64,000 bases of DNA from positions 398,673 to 462,672 of the forward strand of contig CAYJMP010000001.1 in NCBI GenBank assembly GCA_964371625.1, written 5' to 3'. Below are positions 9,282 through 18,414 of this stretch, in pieces. The notes beneath the pieces are model-generated. The model was not told where the DNA came from, did not search any database, and was given only the letters and a program-made list of their open reading frames with translations. How positions within the stretch are numbered: position 1 is the first letter of the stretch; each line of letters begins with the position of its first letter. Source of the DNA: an uncultured Ignavibacteria bacterium. GTDB taxonomy: Bacteria > Zixibacteria > MSB-5A5 > WJJR01. A program made the translations under genes and the position numbers.

Positions 9282-9956
9282 CTACATGCCGAGGTAAAAC
9301 AGCGCGCCGACTTTGATGCCCACCCACTGCAAATGCTTTTGGGCTTCCACAGTCTCGTCATCTTCGCCGTCGGTTGTTACGTCAACATCTTTGCCGTCTG
9401 TGGCGATCGCGGTCCAGTTAGCTTCGACGAAAACAGAGATATTCTCGGCGACTTCATGAACCGCGCCAACCGCGAGCTCGGCCCCGGGGGCGATGGCAAT
9501 GTCAGCCTCGCTTTCGTAATCGCTGAACTCGATCTTGCCTTTCGCCTTGCCCATCAAGAGACCGGCGCGAGCATAGGGACGGGTCGTCATCGTCGGCATA
9601 AACAGATAACGGCCGAAGACACCGAATTCGAAAATCGTCCAATTGCCGCTCACGTCGTCGCCGAAGTTATCGGTATCCATGCCGAAACGGTCAAACATGA
9701 CACGTGCACCGACGGCCAAGTCATCGGTGACATAATATTCCCCCGATGCGCCGGCGGCGATGCCGAAAGTTGCTGCGGCACCTCCATCCTCATTCGAGGC
9801 CTTGAAATATTGGATTGGGAAACTGCCGCCGACGATCGGAGCGACGGCAATCGTGCCTTTCCTGCCCGCTGCCGGCGTTCCATCCTGAGCGGCTGCGCCG
9901 GTATATCCTACTGTACAGATCGCGATCGCAAATGCAAAACCTCGGACAATGCGCAT
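9282..9956 (-). CDS. outer-membrane beta-barrel (porin-like) protein
   Basis: Signal peptide MRIVRGFAFAIAICTVGYTGAAAQ. Alternating hydrophobic beta-strand pattern. Confidence 0.6.
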   Translation of the reverse strand: MRIVRGFAFAIAICTVGYTGAAAQDGTPAAGRKGTIAVAPIVGGSFPIQYFKASNEDGGAAATFGIAAGASGEYYVTDDLAVGARVMFDRFGMDTDNFGDDVSGNWTIFEFGVFGRYLFMPTMTTRPYARAGLLMGKAKGKIEFSDYESEADIAIAPGAELAVGAVHEVAENISVFVEANWTAIATDGKDVDVTTDGEDDETVEAQKHLQWVGIKVGALFYLGM

Positions 9957-10128
9957 ACGACCCTCCTCGTCTAAGCAGCCTAAAGGACGACGCATCCGTC
10001 GTTCATCGGGTCTGCCAGTCAATCATCATTCGATCTCCAAACACTACTGTAACTGGAGAAAGCTAACGCGAATCGTCGCGGATGCAAGCATGATTCGAAC
10101 CCACCCAGCGAGCAGAAAGACCTTCGGC

Positions 10129-10527
10129 CTATATCTTTCTCTGCAAACGGACCAGGGTGTTGCCGGACATGCCGGTCAAGACGATGTGGACGGTCCATGA
10201 ACCGGAAACGCCGGCGGCGGAAACAAAATCACCATTCTCGGTCAGACTTCGAGTGTACACCTGGGCGCTGTCGGCGTCAAAGACGGTTATCGTTGCCGAA
10301 CCGGCGGTGATGGATGAGTTCTGTTCAACGGTGGCCTGTGTTCCGGCATTCGGCCATGCGTAGCTGAAGGTAACCGTGGTGTCATCCATATTTGTGGCCC
10401 GGAACTGAAAGCTGTCAACCGCGATGATCACGCTTGGATCACCCGGCCCGGTCGAGTCATCGTCGCCACACGCCGCAAGTCCTAACGACAAGGCGCAAAC
10501 GATGGTCAGTAGTCCGCGGGAGAGCAT
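10129..10527 (-). CDS. lipoprotein, function unknown
   Basis: Lipobox LGLAAC follows the signal peptide. GGAGG RBS upstream of ATG 10527. Confidence 0.6.
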   Translation of the reverse strand: MLSRGLLTIVCALSLGLAACGDDDSTGPGDPSVIIAVDSFQFRATNMDDTTVTFSYAWPNAGTQATVEQNSSITAGSATITVFDADSAQVYTRSLTENGDFVSAAGVSGSWTVHIVLTGMSGNTLVRLQRKI

Positions 10528-10686
10528 GGTAGTCCTCCTTCGCTTTCGGGTAGAATGATACTGGTTATACAAGCGTCGAGTGCTGTGGTTCGGACGACCG
10601 TCCGCTCCGTGCCGATTTTTGTCGGCCGTCGAGTGTTCTGATTTCGTATTATTAGTGAAGTCTATGCGATCCAGGAGGAGGTCCGA

Positions 10687-10998
10687 ATGGCAACCACGAG
10701 CCGAATCGAAGAGTTCAAAATCAGCGGTGAGAAAGTCAAAGCGGGATTCAAGGATGCCGGTGAACAGCTCTCGGCGGAATTGAAACGCATCTTCGATGAC
10801 GTCCGCCGGGAAGGCGAGATCCGTCGCGTGATCATCAAGAACAAGGAAGGCAAGGTGCTGGTGGATCTTCCGGCCCTGACCGCCGGGGCGATCGGGGCCA
10901 TCAGTCTGATCGCGGCGCCGATTGTCACGATCCTGGCCGCGGCGGGCGCAATTGCGACCGATCTAACGGTCGTCATCGAAAAGGAAATCAAGGAGTAG
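10687..10998 (+). CDS. DUF4342-like small protein
   Basis: AGGAGGAGG RBS. RRVIIKNKEGKVLVDLPALTAGAIGAISLIAAPIV pattern recalled for DUF4342. Confidence 0.55.
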   Translation: MATTSRIEEFKISGEKVKAGFKDAGEQLSAELKRIFDDVRREGEIRRVIIKNKEGKVLVDLPALTAGAIGAISLIAAPIVTILAAAGAIATDLTVVIEKEIKE

Positions 10999-11023
10999 GA
11001 GAGAGCCGAGCGATTGAAGAAAT

Positions 11024-11050
11024 GGCCATCCTGCGCGCGGCAGGATGGCC
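11024..11050. terminator. bidirectional hairpin terminator
   Basis: GGCCATCCTGC-GCGC-GCAGGATGGCC is a perfect palindrome between convergent ORFs. Confidence 0.6.
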
Positions 11051-11065
11051 ATGTGGAAGCCGAGA

Positions 11066-11173
11066 TTACTTGTTTTTCTTTTCCCGCTTCAGTTTGCGCT
11101 TTTCCTTGGGATCAAGGACGCTCTTTTTCTGCACTTCGCGTTTGCCCTTGTCCTTCTTGCCCTTGTCACCCAT
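11066..11173 (-). CDS. small lysine-rich protein (35 aa), not in ORF track
   Basis: MGDKGKKDKGKREVQKKSVLDPKEKRKLKREKKNK. GGGAGA sits 6 nt upstream of ATG 11173. Terminator hairpin immediately downstream. Confidence 0.45.
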   Translation of the reverse strand: MGDKGKKDKGKREVQKKSVLDPKEKRKLKREKKNK

Positions 11174-11377
11174 TGCAGTTCTCCCGGTTTGAAGATGTGG
11201 ATGATTTGACCGCCTTCTTGTCCGGCTTCGGCCCTGGCCCGAACATTATATACCCGCGCAAACTGCGCAAGATTAAAAGCCACCACAACCTGAATACAAA
11301 TCGAGAAAGCCGATTGACCGCGGGATGCCGCCCCTGTCATCATGGACCTGACCGCGAAACCCGCGAGGGATGCCGAA

Positions 11378-11920
11378 ATGACCTCAGTCCGGACAACCAA
11401 GATCTATCAGCCCCCATCGCATGAACGAACCGACGCTCTATCGGGCGTGCCACTGGCATCGTTTACACACCGCGCACTCGCGCTGGCCATCGACTTTCTC
11501 ATCGCCGGCGCGGTATTTCTGCTGGTCGTCGTTTACGGCGGGAAACTCGCAATTTGGTCCGGCCTAATCAGGCCCAGCGCCGACATCAATCTGCAAATGA
11601 ACTTCTTCGGGAACTGGTACAGTGTCGTGTGGCTTGTGGCATATTTCACGCTGGCGGCATATTGGGGGAACGGCAAGACACCGGGGAAGACCCTCTTGCG
11701 GGTCAGAATCGTTTCACTCACTCATGAGCACCTGGGGTTTTGGCATACGTTGGAGCGGGCGCTGGGATACGGAGCCTCGACACTGGAATTCGGATTTGGC
11801 TTCTTTCAGTATTTCCTACGCGCCGACAAGAGGACCGTTCACGACCGGATCGCCGAGACCATCGTCGTTTTTGAACCGCCCCGGTCCGCGAGGCCTGAAA
11901 GCAAACTAAGAAAGAAGTGA
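11378..11920 (+). CDS. RDD family membrane protein
   Basis: HRALALAIDFLIAGAV...GKTPGKTLLRVRIV is an RDD domain. Confidence 0.7.
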   Translation: MTSVRTTKIYQPPSHERTDALSGVPLASFTHRALALAIDFLIAGAVFLLVVVYGGKLAIWSGLIRPSADINLQMNFFGNWYSVVWLVAYFTLAAYWGNGKTPGKTLLRVRIVSLTHEHLGFWHTLERALGYGASTLEFGFGFFQYFLRADKRTVHDRIAETIVVFEPPRSARPESKLRKK

Positions 11921-11929
11921 AAACCCCCG

Positions 11930-12634
11930 ATGAGCCACGCTCAGAGCCCCGAACAACAACGCGATCTCTGGACAGAGGTTGACCGCTATATCAGTGAACG
12001 GCTCGGGATGTCCGACCCCGCGCTCGAGGCTGCCCTGGCCGACAGTACCGCCGCCGAGATGCCGGCAATCAGCGTCAGCCCGCCTCAGGGGCGATTCCTA
12101 CAACTCCTGGCCGGCGCGATGCGGGCGCGGAATGTCTTGGAGATCGGGACTTTGGGCGGTTACAGCACAATATGCCTGGCTCGGGCACTTCCCAAAGACG
12201 GCCGCCTCATCACACTCGAGGCCGATCCCAAGCACGCCGCCATCGCCAGTTCCAACATTGCCCGTGCCGGGCTTCTCGATCTTGTCGATGTGCGCCTGGG
12301 AAAAGCACTCGACACTTTGCCGAGGCTGGCCGCGGAAGGACGCGGCCCCTTTGACTTCGTCTTTATCGACGCAGACAAAGAGAACATTCCCGCTTACTTC
12401 GAGTGGGCGTTGAAACTGTCCCGTCGTGGCGCCCTAATTGTCGTCGATAACGTCGTTCGTAAGGGAGAGGTGATCGACGTTGGCAGTGACGATCCCAGTG
12501 TCAGGGGTGTACGCCACTTCATGGACCAGCTCGCCGCCGATTCGCGTGTCAGCGCGACTGTTCTCCAGACCGTCGGGAGCAAGGGGTACGATGGCTTCGC
12601 AATAGCGTTGGTGACCGGAGATGGGGGCGCCTGA
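11930..12634 (+). CDS. class I SAM-dependent O-methyltransferase (family 3, caffeoyl-CoA OMT-like)
   Basis: VLEIGTLGGYSTICLA...FDFVFIDADKENIPAYFEWA. Confidence 0.8.
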   Translation: MSHAQSPEQQRDLWTEVDRYISERLGMSDPALEAALADSTAAEMPAISVSPPQGRFLQLLAGAMRARNVLEIGTLGGYSTICLARALPKDGRLITLEADPKHAAIASSNIARAGLLDLVDVRLGKALDTLPRLAAEGRGPFDFVFIDADKENIPAYFEWALKLSRRGALIVVDNVVRKGEVIDVGSDDPSVRGVRHFMDQLAADSRVSATVLQTVGSKGYDGFAIALVTGDGGA

Positions 12635-12635
12635 T

Positions 12636-13157
12636 ATGGCCCACGTCGTGTTTTTCCGGGCAGTTAATGTCGGCGGGCACCAGAGATTCCAGCCGAGCGT
12701 GTTGGCCGGCAAGCTCGCGCACCTTGATGTCGTCAACATCGGCGCCGCCGGGACTTTTGTAGTACGGGAAAAACAGAGCGAGCCGCAGCTACGTAAACAG
12801 ATACTAGAACTGCTCCCGTTCACCCCGGAACTAATGATCTGTCCGGCAAAAGACATACTGGTACTGGAAGACGCGAAGTGGCCCCGGGAGGCAATCGCGT
12901 CGGGCATACAGCGATACGTCAGCATCCTGGCTAAAGCACCGGGGAAAACGTCCAAGCTGCCCATCCAGGTTCCCGATGGGAGCAATTGGCAGGTCTCGGT
13001 GAGCGCAGTGATTGGGCGTTATGCGCTCTCGATACGTCGTCCGGGTGGGGAAAAGTTGGTCTATCCGAATGAAGTGATCGAGAAATCTCTTGGTATTCAC
13101 GCGACGACACGCAACTGGACAACAGTCACAAAAATAGGGGACATTCTGCGCACATAG
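12636..13157 (+). CDS. DUF1697 domain protein
   Basis: VFFRAVNVGG...NIGAAGTFVV...TTRNWTTV. Stop/start TGAtATG coupling with upstream OMT. Confidence 0.65.
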   Translation: MAHVVFFRAVNVGGHQRFQPSVLAGKLAHLDVVNIGAAGTFVVREKQSEPQLRKQILELLPFTPELMICPAKDILVLEDAKWPREAIASGIQRYVSILAKAPGKTSKLPIQVPDGSNWQVSVSAVIGRYALSIRRPGGEKLVYPNEVIEKSLGIHATTRNWTTVTKIGDILRT

Positions 13158-13172
13158 CGCGAGGGAGCAGCA

Positions 13173-13592
13173 ATGGCCGAGCTGAAGACCAAAGCAACCG
13201 ACGCCAGTGTCACCAAGTTCATCAACAGTGTAGCCGATGAAGCCAAGCGTAACGATTGCTTCAAACTCGTTGAGATCATGCGCGAGATCACCAAGGCTGA
13301 GCCGAAAATGTGGGGGCCGAGCATCGTCGGTTTCGGTAGCTACCATTACAAGTACGCCAGCGGTCACGAGGGCGACTGCTGTATCACCGGCTTCTCACCG
13401 AGGAAGGATGCGCTAACGCTTTACGTCATGGCCGGCCTCCACGAACAAACCGAGTTGCTCAAATCGTTGGGCAAACATAAGGCCGGCAAAGGTTGTCTCT
13501 ACATCAAGAAGCTCGAGGACGTGCACCTGACGACACTCAAAAAGATCATCCGAACTGGGGTGAAGTCTGTGGCGAAACTCCGGACAGATTAG
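13173..13592 (+). CDS. DUF1801 (YdhG-like) domain protein
   Basis: MWGPSIVGFGSYHYKYASGHEGD...GFSPRKDALTLYV. Confidence 0.65.
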   Translation: MAELKTKATDASVTKFINSVADEAKRNDCFKLVEIMREITKAEPKMWGPSIVGFGSYHYKYASGHEGDCCITGFSPRKDALTLYVMAGLHEQTELLKSLGKHKAGKGCLYIKKLEDVHLTTLKKIIRTGVKSVAKLRTD

Positions 13593-13652
13593 CCGCGACT
13601 GGGGAGCAGAAAGGTCCAGTTGGTCCTATATGACCGATAGCGTATAAGTGGT

Positions 13653-13835
13653 ATGGACAGCGACCAATCCGCCAATCCGTCGGCCGACATGCGGCCGAGC
13701 GCATCCGATCTCGCCATCATGTGGCGCTGCCTCAAATGCGGCGAGATGTGGCATGATCGCGGCGACCCCTTGCCTGCGCAGTGCCCGAACTGTGGTGCGG
13801 CGAAAACAGAATTCGAACTTATTCAGGAAGATTGA
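13653..13835 (+). CDS. zinc-ribbon small protein
   Basis: CLKCGEMW...CPNCGA are two CxxC pairs. Confidence 0.45.
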   Translation: MDSDQSANPSADMRPSASDLAIMWRCLKCGEMWHDRGDPLPAQCPNCGAAKTEFELIQED

Positions 13836-13862
13836 GGCGGAGTCTGAATCTGGAGATCGATC

Positions 13863-14777
13863 TCAGTGATCGAGACCGAACAGCGTCTTTGCATTCTCGG
13901 ACATGATCGCCGCACGAGCATGCTCTGACAAACCAAGTCGCTCCAGGACGTCTGATTGTTCTTCGAGCACAGGTTTACGCCAGCCACGCGGGAAGAAATC
14001 CGAATCACTCCCAAAAAGAACTCGCCCGGGGCCGAATACTTCAATCGTGCGCTCGAACGCGTGCGTGAGGTCGTTGAATTCAGACTGATCGAGCAGCCAG
14101 TTGTTCGAGGATGACGTGTCAACGTGCACATTCGGGCACTGCAGGCCGATTTTGAGAAGCTGGGGGAGACAGCCGCTGCCGAAACTGAGGACGACAAACG
14201 GCACGGTCGGAAAATCGGCCGCGGGTTGATGCAGGTCGGCCGGGTCGGCGTAGCGCCAATCATAGACGTCCGGCAAGCCCCACCAGCGGCGCGCCGCCAG
14301 GCGCAAGCGTCCCGTGTGAACGTAAACGACCAGGCGATGCTTCCGCGCAATCCGATAGATTGGATACAACCGCTCTGAGGCCATCGAGAACTTGAACATC
14401 GACGGATAGAGCATGATGCCGCGAAATCCCCATTCGACCACAGCATGCTCGACCAATTCCTCGGCAACAGCCAGATACGGATTCACGGTCGCCACCCCGA
14501 TGAACCGATCGGGGTAGATCCGTAAAGCCGAACTGACCGAGACTTCGTCGCCGGGCATCATCGAAACGACCACGGCACGTGAGATGCTGTGCCGATCGAG
14601 CTCGATCACCCAGCGATCGGCCAGACGCACCGGATCGAGAGGCGGCGGCTCGAAATGATGGCGTTTGGCCTGTTCGGAAATGAAAATGTCTACGTCTTGG
14701 AAAGCTTGGCGCTGTTGGGTGAGGAGTCGCAGGTAGTTGTGCGAAATGAAATGCACATGCGAATCAACGACTTCCAT
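13863..14777 (-). CDS. amidohydrolase family (TIM-barrel metal-dependent hydrolase) protein
   Basis: MEVVDSHVHF start is an HxH metal ligand. Length 304 aa. Confidence 0.7.
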   Translation of the reverse strand: MEVVDSHVHFISHNYLRLLTQQRQAFQDVDIFISEQAKRHHFEPPPLDPVRLADRWVIELDRHSISRAVVVSMMPGDEVSVSSALRIYPDRFIGVATVNPYLAVAEELVEHAVVEWGFRGIMLYPSMFKFSMASERLYPIYRIARKHRLVVYVHTGRLRLAARRWWGLPDVYDWRYADPADLHQPAADFPTVPFVVLSFGSGCLPQLLKIGLQCPNVHVDTSSSNNWLLDQSEFNDLTHAFERTIEVFGPGRVLFGSDSDFFPRGWRKPVLEEQSDVLERLGLSEHARAAIMSENAKTLFGLDH

Positions 14778-15390
14778 GAGGTACAGCCCCCAAGTTGAGA
14801 GTGCCACGCGACAGAATGAGAAAATCGCGGCAGAAGGGAGACTTGGCAAGAACCAAGTGGCACTTCAGGCCAAGTTAAGACGACTTTGGAGTCATCGGCC
14901 GTTTCATCGAGGCCACAATATGACATAATGTATATTCTCAGAACATGTAGCTCCGAAGCAGGACGGCTGTATTCCCGATAGAATATGGGCAAGCGACCAC
15001 GATGTGCCAAGTCCCGACAGACCCCCCTGATCCGAACACATGTCCTGTCAGTCGTAAGTTATTGTATTTTCTAGTAGTTGAATTCCTCTCTTCGTCGGTC
15101 ACTTTAATTGGCTGCATGGCCGGAGCTTTGCTCGCCTCTATGAGTGAGGGCACAGATCCCCGTCCGTGCATCTCAGATTCGGACTGGTCTTGCGGGGGCT
15201 TTCACACGATGCACCCTCCCTCTCCGGGTGGTGGTTGGTATGGTAGTGAGGAAGCAGGGGCGGCACGATTGCCGCCCCTGTCGCGTTCTGGTCTCCCCAC
15301 GACGACAGAAGCCTCAGTAGCGCAGGCCTCCCAGCCTGCGGCAAACAGCCCGAAAGCGTGTTCTCCCAACTGAGATTCAAGTCGGATTCA

Positions 15391-15422
15391 AGAACGAAGG
15401 CCGCCATAGCACCATGGCGGCC
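15391..15422. terminator. hairpin terminator downstream of pilin gene
   Basis: AAGGCCGCCAT-AGCACC-ATGGCGGCCTT. Confidence 0.5.
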
Positions 15423-15456
15423 TTCACGAGGAAGAAGTAATGGGGCAAGATGGCTT

Positions 15457-15969
15457 TTATTGGCCGTACGGGAAATACCCCTCGACCATACGGACGCGTC
15501 CAGTCGATGCCAGAACATCAACTGTGTAGGTTACGGAATTGTCTTCGGCGTTCAGGCAGACGGCGCCAGACTCGGCCGAGGTGCCATCTGGGTTAAAGAT
15601 GACATCCTGATTAGCAAACGAGTTGTGCGACACCGACACGCGGGAGCCGAGACTCCCGGTGGCCATGACGGAATCACCAGTGTTGTGGAGGTTGTTGGCG
15701 GGATTGTTGTCGAGAAAGAGCGTCCATATTCCGTTGCCCGCATCGATACAAAGTCCGGCGGGTTCTTTGCGCGCGACCGCCAGTGAGCGCGCTTCACGCA
15801 ATTTCGAAACGACTTCACGGACCTGGGCCTGGGTCTCCAGTCGCGGCATCTGTTCGAACCACGAGGGCGCCGCCAGCGACGCCATGAGTCCGATCATTAC
15901 CAAGACAATCATCATCTCCATCATGGAGAATCCGCGTTCATCTCGTATCTGTCGCATGGCCGTCACCAT
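15457..15969 (-). CDS. type IV pilin-like / pseudopilin (GspH/FimT-type) protein
   Basis: GFSMMEMMIVLVMIGLMASLAAPSW is a prepilin N-methylation/cleavage motif. GAAGGAG RBS. Confidence 0.8.
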   Translation of the reverse strand: MVTAMRQIRDERGFSMMEMMIVLVMIGLMASLAAPSWFEQMPRLETQAQVREVVSKLREARSLAVARKEPAGLCIDAGNGIWTLFLDNNPANNLHNTGDSVMATGSLGSRVSVSHNSFANQDVIFNPDGTSAESGAVCLNAEDNSVTYTVDVLASTGRVRMVEGYFPYGQ

Positions 15970-16446
15970 TCTGTCTGCTCCTTCAAACTGAACAACGAGT
16001 TTACTCTCGCAGATAATGATGCAAGGGCTGTGCCATGACTCGTTCGCATAGCCCCGATTCCAGACCTTGGCATAAGACTATGAACCAATGGCGCTTATTC
16101 GCCTCTCCCCGCTCTGATACCTGAATGGACGATCCTGCCCGCGTCCGAACCGGCACGGGAGTATGGGGCGTGCCCTATACAGGTTTCCAACGAGTCGTTA
16201 ACATCTAAGGTGGATACTGCGTCTGTAGCACAGAAGTGGAGAAGCAGGACGGCGATGCAGAACCGGACAGGCTCTCCCCTGCTTCGTTATCCAGGAAGGG
16301 GAGCCAAGAACATTGGAGCGGAGTGAAGCGCGGCTTTAAGCAAAGCCGCATGGCAGTGGCGTGGACCGAGCTGCTCATCACCTATTGAATCAAAGACGAT
16401 GGAGAGTGTCGTTGACCTGAGGTGGCCGGCAAGCCACCTTCGCAAA

Positions 16447-16983
16447 ATGGAGCGAGAGTCCGCATTGGTCACGGTGTCGCCGGATGCGGGTCTCGTTGCT
16501 CTGGCCCGTACGGGCGATCGCGACGCCTTCGCGCAGTTGCACCGTTCCTATTCCTCCATGGTGCACGGTATCCTGCTGGCCCGTGTGCCGCGCGGTGAGG
16601 TTGACGATCTCGCGCAGGATGTCTTCATTACCGCCATGGAGCGGCTCGGCTCGCTTCGCGATGAGAACGCCTTTGGTGGCTGGTTGGCCGCGATCGCGCG
16701 TAACCGCGCCACCGATTTTCATCGCCAGAAGCGCGACGAAGTCGAACTGCTCGATGACGGGCACCACGATCCCTCATCGCACAACGATTCCGAGGCAACG
16801 CATGTCCTGATGTTGGTACGCTCGCTGCCGGAAGCTTACCGAGAGACACTGGTCTTACGATTGGTTGAAGGAATGACCGGGCCGGAGATTGCCGAGCGCA
16901 CCGGACTCACGCCCGGGTCGGTACGAGTGAATCTGCATCGTGGGATGCAATTGTTGCGTGAAAAGCTGGGATGGACCAAATGA
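16447..16983 (+). CDS. RNA polymerase sigma-70 factor, ECF subfamily
   Basis: Region 2 (DLAQDVFITAMERL) and region 4 (TGPEIAERTGLTPGSVRVNLHR) are present. Confidence 0.85.
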   Translation: MERESALVTVSPDAGLVALARTGDRDAFAQLHRSYSSMVHGILLARVPRGEVDDLAQDVFITAMERLGSLRDENAFGGWLAAIARNRATDFHRQKRDEVELLDDGHHDPSSHNDSEATHVLMLVRSLPEAYRETLVLRLVEGMTGPEIAERTGLTPGSVRVNLHRGMQLLREKLGWTK

Positions 16984-18002
16984 GCCGAGACAACGATTAT
17001 CTATGGGATGGATCAGGACCGGTGGACCCGGAGGTCAAGCGACTCGAGGAACTCCTGGGGCAGTTTCGCGCTGACCCCTTAGCCTCTCCCCTGTCGACTC
17101 CCGAACGCCGGCCAGTCGCGCTCTGGATCATGCTACCCATCGCCGCAGCCGCCACGTTTTTGATCGCCATCTTCGGCGGCCGAGACTCCGGCTCCAGTCT
17201 CGCATCCAATTGGACTGTCCAGCGCGTGACGGGTGCGCCCACGATTGATGCCGAGCGGATTCTCGTTTCCGCAACCGCCGGCGAAGGAACCTGGATCGAG
17301 ACCGACGACTCCTCCGAAGCGGTTATCACCGTTGGCACAATCGGCCGCGTGCAGGTTGAGCCGAATTCGCGTGTGCAGTTGATTCGCACGCGCGAGCGTG
17401 ACCATCGACTGAGCCTGACCAAAGGGACGGTACAGGCCACCACCTGGGCGCCGCCGCGCTTGTTTTTTGTCGAGACGCCATCGGCGACCGCCACCGATTT
17501 GGGCTGTACCTACACGCTGACTGTCGACGAACGCGGCAATGGACGTCTGTGTGTTACTGCCGGTCAGGTCGCGCTCGAACGCGAGAGTCAGGAGGCGGTA
17601 GTTCCCTCCGGCGCAGTCTGCGAAACGCGCATGGGGATCGGGCCTGGCACACCGTATTTCGGGGGCTCTTCTGAAGAATTTCGCGCGGCGCTAGCACGGT
17701 TTGATTTTGAAGGGGCCAGTGACTCCGACTTGGAGACAGTCCTGCACGAATCGAACATGTGTGAGCTCTTTACCCTCTGGCGCCTGTTACAGCGTGTCCC
17801 GCGCAGCAATCGCGCCATGGTGTTTGATCGCATGGCGCAGATCCTGCCGCCGCCAGCCGGAGTGACACGCGAGGGCGTACTTGCGCTGGATCAGGGGATG
17901 CTTGAAGTCTGGGAGACTCAGTTCTCGCGCGACGAGTTCATGCCCTGTCTGACCTCGTGTACGGCGCAGGCAGGTTCTGTGTCGGAGTGTCTCGGATCGT
18001 AG
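16980..18002 (+). CDS. anti-sigma factor, FecR-like domain, single TM
   Basis: ATGA overlap with sigma gene. TM helix ALWIMLPIAAAATFLIAIF. FecR-like beta-rich periplasmic part. Confidence 0.7.
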   Translation: MSRDNDYLWDGSGPVDPEVKRLEELLGQFRADPLASPLSTPERRPVALWIMLPIAAAATFLIAIFGGRDSGSSLASNWTVQRVTGAPTIDAERILVSATAGEGTWIETDDSSEAVITVGTIGRVQVEPNSRVQLIRTRERDHRLSLTKGTVQATTWAPPRLFFVETPSATATDLGCTYTLTVDERGNGRLCVTAGQVALERESQEAVVPSGAVCETRMGIGPGTPYFGGSSEEFRAALARFDFEGASDSDLETVLHESNMCELFTLWRLLQRVPRSNRAMVFDRMAQILPPPAGVTREGVLALDQGMLEVWETQFSRDEFMPCLTSCTAQAGSVSECLGS

Positions 18003-18414
18003 CTCCCATCTCCACCCAACGGCTGCTTTGCGAGGTTGCCACCAGAGCCGGGGCTAGCGAGCGCGGCAATGTGTTTGAGTCGCCCACCCCTGAAACTTTC
18101 TTCCATCCCTATTCGTACTGCTAATGTTCACGCGACGCCCTCACGTCGCATCGGATCGAAACGACCCAAGTCGGGAGAGTTTTTATCTGCTTATGACCCT
18201 GACCTAACCGAGTGCATGATGCACCGTCTAAGTTCATGTAACAGGTCAGAGCCATCGGAGGGAGCGCAAGCAAGACAGTTAGTGATCGATTTCAAGTAGA
18301 GAACTGAAGAGTCCCAAGTCAGCGTCGGTACACGCAGCGTCCTTGAGACATCAGGGCGCCACAGACGCGCCAGACCCTGAAAAAGGAACGGCGTGTCACC
18401 GGGAAGGGCGAGAT

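Noticed and set aside
10040-10128. GATTCGAACCC (reverse-complement of a T-loop-like motif)
   Set aside because: A cloverleaf could not be folded on either strand. Adjacent GCAGAGAAAGA...TCTTTCTCTGC is a terminator hairpin for the lipoprotein gene.
11014-11424. 136-aa plus ORF and the 103-aa minus ORF at 11089..11400
   Set aside because: Low-complexity, Cys/Pro/Arg-rich translations with no RBS. They conflict with the better-supported small K-rich ORF and the RDD gene start.
12434-14467. Minus-strand ORFs 12434..12985 (183 aa), 12831..13367 (178 aa), 13823..14467 (214 aa)
   Set aside because: They are antisense to well-supported DUF1697/DUF1801/amidohydrolase genes. Compositionally Arg/Ser/Cys-rich, which marks them as GC-frame artefacts.
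14850-15456. ORFs 15002..15373 (+) and 15138..15521 (-) in the amidohydrolase-pilin gap
   Set aside because: No RBS, no domain, odd composition. The region is more likely promoter/terminator space, with the terminator hairpin at 15391-15422.
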